This document shows positions 60,615 through 64,000 of a DNA stretch of 64,000 nt, in pieces. Below the pieces are notes generated by a model that was given only the letters and a program-made list of their open reading frames with translations, ran no database searches and was not told where the DNA came from. Both the position numbers and the translations under genes were made by a program. Numbering within the stretch: the stretch's first letter is position 1; each line of letters opens with the position of its first letter. Source of the DNA: an uncultured Planctomyces sp. (GTDB taxonomy: Bacteria; Planctomycetota; Planctomycetia; Planctomycetales; Planctomycetaceae); NCBI GenBank assembly GCA_937899075.1, contig CALDJX010000209.1, positions 5,019-69,018 on the forward strand, in the 5' to 3' direction.

Positions 60615-62024
60615 TCAGATCAGACGTCGAAACCGGATCGAGTAAACGTCGCCGTTCTGAATCACAAATCGAATTCGAATCGTTTTTCCCGACAACTTCG
60701 CGACGCTGTCGGTCGTTTTCCAAAGAACGGTTTGCTCGATCGAGTCGCCGGTCAGTGACTGGCAGCTCGCCAGCTCGAAGCCGGGAATGGGTTCGCCGCT
60801 CTCATCCTGCAGTTCGACTTTGACGCTGCCGCCTTTCTTTGTGGCGAAGTTAAGAACGAGCTGTTCCCCCAGGAAAGCCAAAGGCTTAGTCACCAACTCG
60901 CCGCCTTCGACTCCAGCCTGGACCGAAACAAAACCATCGACGCGGTAGGTAAAGCGGCGCAGCCGACTGTCAGGGCCTTCGTAGTAGGCCTCGCTGCCGT
61001 ACACGGCGAGTTCCCGATCGTTGCCTTTCAGCGAAACCAAAGCGTTGGCCATGTAGTTGCTCCGGTTGCCGTCTCGTTCTTTTGGAGCGTCCGTCGGGAT
61101 GACCGCTTTGTTCCACCGCTGAAAGTTCAACCCGTCGCGGCTGGACATGAAGATCGGTTCAACCTGACTGTCGCTCGGACGGTACCGGGTGGGGAACCCG
61201 ACCTTGATATGCGGAGCCCGTTCGTAAGGTCGAATCGCGTTTGTGTAGAGATGCTCGTCCGGAGTCCCCGCCGGATACTTCAGCAGAACGGGCTTCTTCC
61301 AGTTCACAAAGTCGGACGAAGTACACGTCATGATGGTTCGAACTTTGTTGGTGAAAGTCCGGTGGTAATCGACGTAATGCTTCTCCACCGGATCCCAGAA
61401 CGCGAGATTCTGCGAATCGAAATAACCATCGGTGATGACCGGCTCATTCTTCGTCAGCGACCAGTGAATCCCGTCCGCCGAGTGAAAAACGTAAAGCCCT
61501 TTCTTACCGACGGGCCGTCCACGCGAAATACCTTTGTAGCGGGCTTCCGGCGGGCAGTTGGGATTGTCATCCCGAAACGCGACGAAGCAGTGAGTCCCCA
61601 GTCCTTCCAGAATGATGTTGTTCTCTTTCGAACCGTCCCACTCGACGAGGCCCAGCTTCGGCTTCGTGAAATGAATCCCGTCGCGACTTTCAGCGTAACA
61701 GGTAACTTCCGGATGCTGAGTCTTCCCGGTCTTCACATCACCGTGCGAGCCTCGGTAGTACATCCGATAAACATCGCCGTCGCGGAAAATCGAGTAGTAC
61801 GCGCAGGTGTTGCCTTCCCACGGCTCGCCGGTCACCAGCACCACCTCGCGAGGCTTTGGCTGATGCACAAACTGCCGAGCATCGCCCTTCAGCTCGTCAA
61901 TGAGAAAGTCATCAACGAACAGCTCCAGCCTCGACCCAATATCGATCGGTCCTTCAGCCGCCAGCTTCGCCGAGGGCAAACAAAAAACGACCGCAGCCGC
62001 AACAAACGAAAGAGAAAACCGCAT
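60615..62024 (-). CDS. Secreted protein, possibly a beta-propeller glycoside-hydrolase-like fold plus a C-terminal beta-sandwich
   Basis: Signal peptide MRFSLSFVAAAVVFCLPSAKLAAEG. YYSIFRDGDVYRMYYRG, YAESRDGIHF, FHSADGIHW and SSRDGLNF are blade-like repeats. The family was not identified. Confidence 0.55.
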   Translation of the reverse strand: MRFSLSFVAAAVVFCLPSAKLAAEGPIDIGSRLELFVDDFLIDELKGDARQFVHQPKPREVVLVTGEPWEGNTCAYYSIFRDGDVYRMYYRGSHGDVKTGKTQHPEVTCYAESRDGIHFTKPKLGLVEWDGSKENNIILEGLGTHCFVAFRDDNPNCPPEARYKGISRGRPVGKKGLYVFHSADGIHWSLTKNEPVITDGYFDSQNLAFWDPVEKHYVDYHRTFTNKVRTIMTCTSSDFVNWKKPVLLKYPAGTPDEHLYTNAIRPYERAPHIKVGFPTRYRPSDSQVEPIFMSSRDGLNFQRWNKAVIPTDAPKERDGNRSNYMANALVSLKGNDRELAVYGSEAYYEGPDSRLRRFTYRVDGFVSVQAGVEGGELVTKPLAFLGEQLVLNFATKKGGSVKVELQDESGEPIPGFELASCQSLTGDSIEQTVLWKTTDSVAKLSGKTIRIRFVIQNGDVYSIRFRRLI

Positions 62025-62029
62025 ATCAG

Positions 62030-62473
62030 ACTCCTGACTGGAACCGGTGGATCAGTCTCTGATCGTAAGCGCAACCCCTGCCGACAAGCAAAGCGTTTGG
62101 AAGCGATACAGTAACCGCCGTGTTCGAGACGTTCAGCAGTGACGCCGAGTTTCGCCGCGTGCGAGCTCTTGCCTTCGCAGATCTGAACTGCAACGTCGGC
62201 GAAAGGCTCGACTCTGATTGAAAGCCGCGTACCGGAGATCTTCGCAACGCGAGTTTACAGCTCAGCCGCCGCCAACCGAGTCGAACGCGCCGAAGATTCG
62301 CTGATGATAATCTCAGCGTAAGCCTTCCATCCATCAACAAGAAACTGGTCCTCGGCGTTCACCTGCGCGATGGAAAGACTGAATGCGCAGACGGCGACCG
62401 CAATTCGAAGTCGTTTCAGGGCGACGTCTCGGGGGCATCGGCTGACGGTTCCTTCCTTCAAATCCGCCAACAA
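62030..62473 (-). pseudogene. Decayed N-terminal fragment of a secreted enzyme gene (in-frame TAA, then truncated)
   Basis: ORF 62255..62473 encodes a signal peptide followed by AEDQFLVDGWKAYAEIIISESSARSTRLAAAEL*. Reading through the TAA in the same frame continues as TRVAKISGTRLSIRVEPFADVAVQICEGKSSHAAKLGVTAERLEHGGYCIASKR. That continuation looks like the usual extension of such N-termini. The frame then degenerates at the start of the next gene. Confidence 0.5.
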
Positions 62474-62584
62474 GTCAGGGGGAGGATGAAAAAGAGACCT
62501 GCCTTGGTTGGCCTCAAAGTTCGAGTTATCGACAAGAATGGAAACAATGAGTCCTACCCCTAAGATCCGATTCCGAGGAAGTGC

Positions 62585-63691
62585 TCAATGCAAGCGGAAA
62601 TGGCAATCGACTTCAAATCGACAGCCTGCGGTTCCGGGACGAAACGAATCTGTTTGGCGGCGGCGAAGCGGGCTGATTTCAGACGTGACCAGACTAACAC
62701 TCCGTTGAGAGAATTTTCCGCATTCAGCCAACAGCTTCGGCAATTCTTCAGCGTCGCCGCGACTTGTTCCAAGCCGGACGACGACGTCTGCCTCTTTGCT
62801 AACGGTTTGCCCTAGCATTCGCCACATATCCGCGATAAACGTCCAATACTTGGCAGCGTCACCGTGTCGATCATCTCGGGACACTCTGCCCTGTGTCGGG
62901 TGCGGTGGGCCACCCAAAAACCAAAGTCGAAGCCATTGGTCCTCTTCGAAGTTGGTCACATCGAAGTAGGGGGGGGATGTAATGACACAACCAATCTTCC
63001 GGCGTTTGCCCAGTGTGATCGGGAGATTCCTCATGTCTTCGTTCACGATTTCAGCATGGCCGCCTGGCAAGGCACTCTCATAACGAAATGTGATCATCTT
63101 CCGTGCGAGTTCAAAAGCATCACGTCTTGGAGCTGTGAACCCATGCTTTATCCAGTATCTCACTGAGTAGCCAGGTTTCGTGCTAATCGTTCTTGGCATC
63201 TGGTTACTGAGATAGGACGGTGACTTGTTGCTTTCGCCATGCAAACATCCAAGCAACAAGGCGGCGATCATGCAGTCCGAGGGATTTCGCCGCCACTCAA
63301 GATGTTGGCGGAGAAAGAGCACCTGCCGAAGTGTCAGCGGAGAAAACGCAACGCGAAAAAACTCAGGCAATCGACGTCGTGAGGCTTCCCACTCATCGGG
63401 ATTAAACTGCGACTCCAATTGTGTGACGCGACGTCGGACGGCCGCCGCCGAAATTCGACGAGTCTTAGCACGCGAGATGCAGTATGCAACGGGATTGACG
63501 TCACATCCGATTGCCCGACGGCCCATCAGGAGCGATTGAAAAGGCGTCGTTCCGCGACCACAGAACGGATCAAGCACGACCTGCGATGGCTTTGTGAGCC
63601 GTTCAACCCATGTTTCGACAAATGACTCAGGAAACATTGCGAAGTAGGGGCAAAGCGAATGAAACCTGTTTCTTTTGGGTTCTCCTGCCAT
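62585..63691 (-). CDS. DNA N4/N6 methyltransferase
   Basis: AdoMet motif I VVLDPFCGRGTT lies near the N-terminus and catalytic motif IV TSPPYFDV lies ~195 aa later. The preferred start is ATG 63691 (MAGEPKRNRF), 2 nt after the upstream ORF's stop. Confidence 0.8.
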   Translation of the reverse strand: MAGEPKRNRFHSLCPYFAMFPESFVETWVERLTKPSQVVLDPFCGRGTTPFQSLLMGRRAIGCDVNPVAYCISRAKTRRISAAAVRRRVTQLESQFNPDEWEASRRRLPEFFRVAFSPLTLRQVLFLRQHLEWRRNPSDCMIAALLLGCLHGESNKSPSYLSNQMPRTISTKPGYSVRYWIKHGFTAPRRDAFELARKMITFRYESALPGGHAEIVNEDMRNLPITLGKRRKIGCVITSPPYFDVTNFEEDQWLRLWFLGGPPHPTQGRVSRDDRHGDAAKYWTFIADMWRMLGQTVSKEADVVVRLGTSRGDAEELPKLLAECGKFSQRSVSLVTSEISPLRRRQTDSFRPGTAGCRFEVDCHFRLH

Positions 63692-63693
63692 CG

Positions 63694-64000
63694 CTATGCC
63701 CTCAATTGCTGGATGACATGCGACGACCAATTCTTGCACTGATCACGAAGTTCACCGTCAAGTGTTCCGGTGAGTTGAGTTGTCCGACAACGGTCAAACA
63801 CTACCCCAGCATTAATAGTCACATGACTCCACTGCCGATCTTCCACGCAGTGTGGCAGAAAGAACATTCGAACGGGTTGCGGATGGAAGCGATCATTTAG
63901 CCACTCGCTCGCGAACGTCTCAGGTTGCAATTCCTGCAGCTTGTCACGCCAATGCTTTCCTGTAGCACACTGCCCAAAGCCGATAACTTTTCCTTCGCGA
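63694..64000 (-). CDS. C-terminal part of an ORF entering from the right edge; candidate cognate restriction endonuclease
   Basis: An open frame runs from 63999 down to TAG at 63694-63696 (...REGKVIGFGQCATGKHWRDKLQELQPETFASEWLNDRFHPQPVRMFFLPH...). The function is inferred only from tight coupling to the methyltransferase. Confidence 0.4.
   Translation of the reverse strand, partial: REGKVIGFGQCATGKHWRDKLQELQPETFASEWLNDRFHPQPVRMFFLPHCVEDRQWSHVTINAGVVFDRCRTTQLTGTLDGELRDQCKNWSSHVIQQLRA

Noticed and set aside
62500-64000. Lower GC content marking the methyltransferase region as a horizontally acquired island
   Set aside because: Hand counts on a few 60-nt lines gave ~48-53%, against ~55% elsewhere. 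The difference is too small and the sampling too sparse to claim.

Overview
This is a 64-kb chromosomal segment, about 55-57% GC by eye, that looks like Planctomycetota. That lineage call is an inference from four things: a bacterial H4MPT-pathway formyltransferase, many TPR/HEAT/LRR lipoproteins, an exosortase, and the style of the palindromic repeats. I support about 45 protein genes and found no rRNA, tRNA or CRISPR array.

Recognisable core genes are ispG, argH, a 1697-aa Lhr helicase, an FHA-GAF sigma54 activator, fhcD/ftr, a GntP permease, fliD and an exosortase-EpsI fusion. There is also an ABC transporter next to a phosphorelay block, made of a hybrid histidine kinase and a REC-GHKL protein.

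The most coherent system is a minus-strand nitrate-assimilation cluster at 30.3-40.4 kb, ordered narK, a nirB-nirD fusion, a DmsB-DmsC-like FeS/membrane fusion, then nasA.
- A consensus sigma54 promoter (TGGCAC-N5-TTGC) lies upstream of narK.
- An opposite-strand REP-associated tyrosine transposase (RAYT), flanked by its REP hairpins, splits the cluster.
- A nested palindrome block sits between narK and nirB.

Other notable points:
- Palindromic REP-like elements lie in frame inside lhr and nasA.
- A 558-aa disordered protein alternates polyacidic blocks with five poly-arginine runs.
- fliD is about twice the usual size and contains tandem modules.
- A decayed gene fragment lies at 62.0-62.5 kb.
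- A tightly coupled methyltransferase plus partial upstream ORF, possibly an R-M pair, sits at the right edge.

All functional calls come from motif recognition by eye. No database searches were run.
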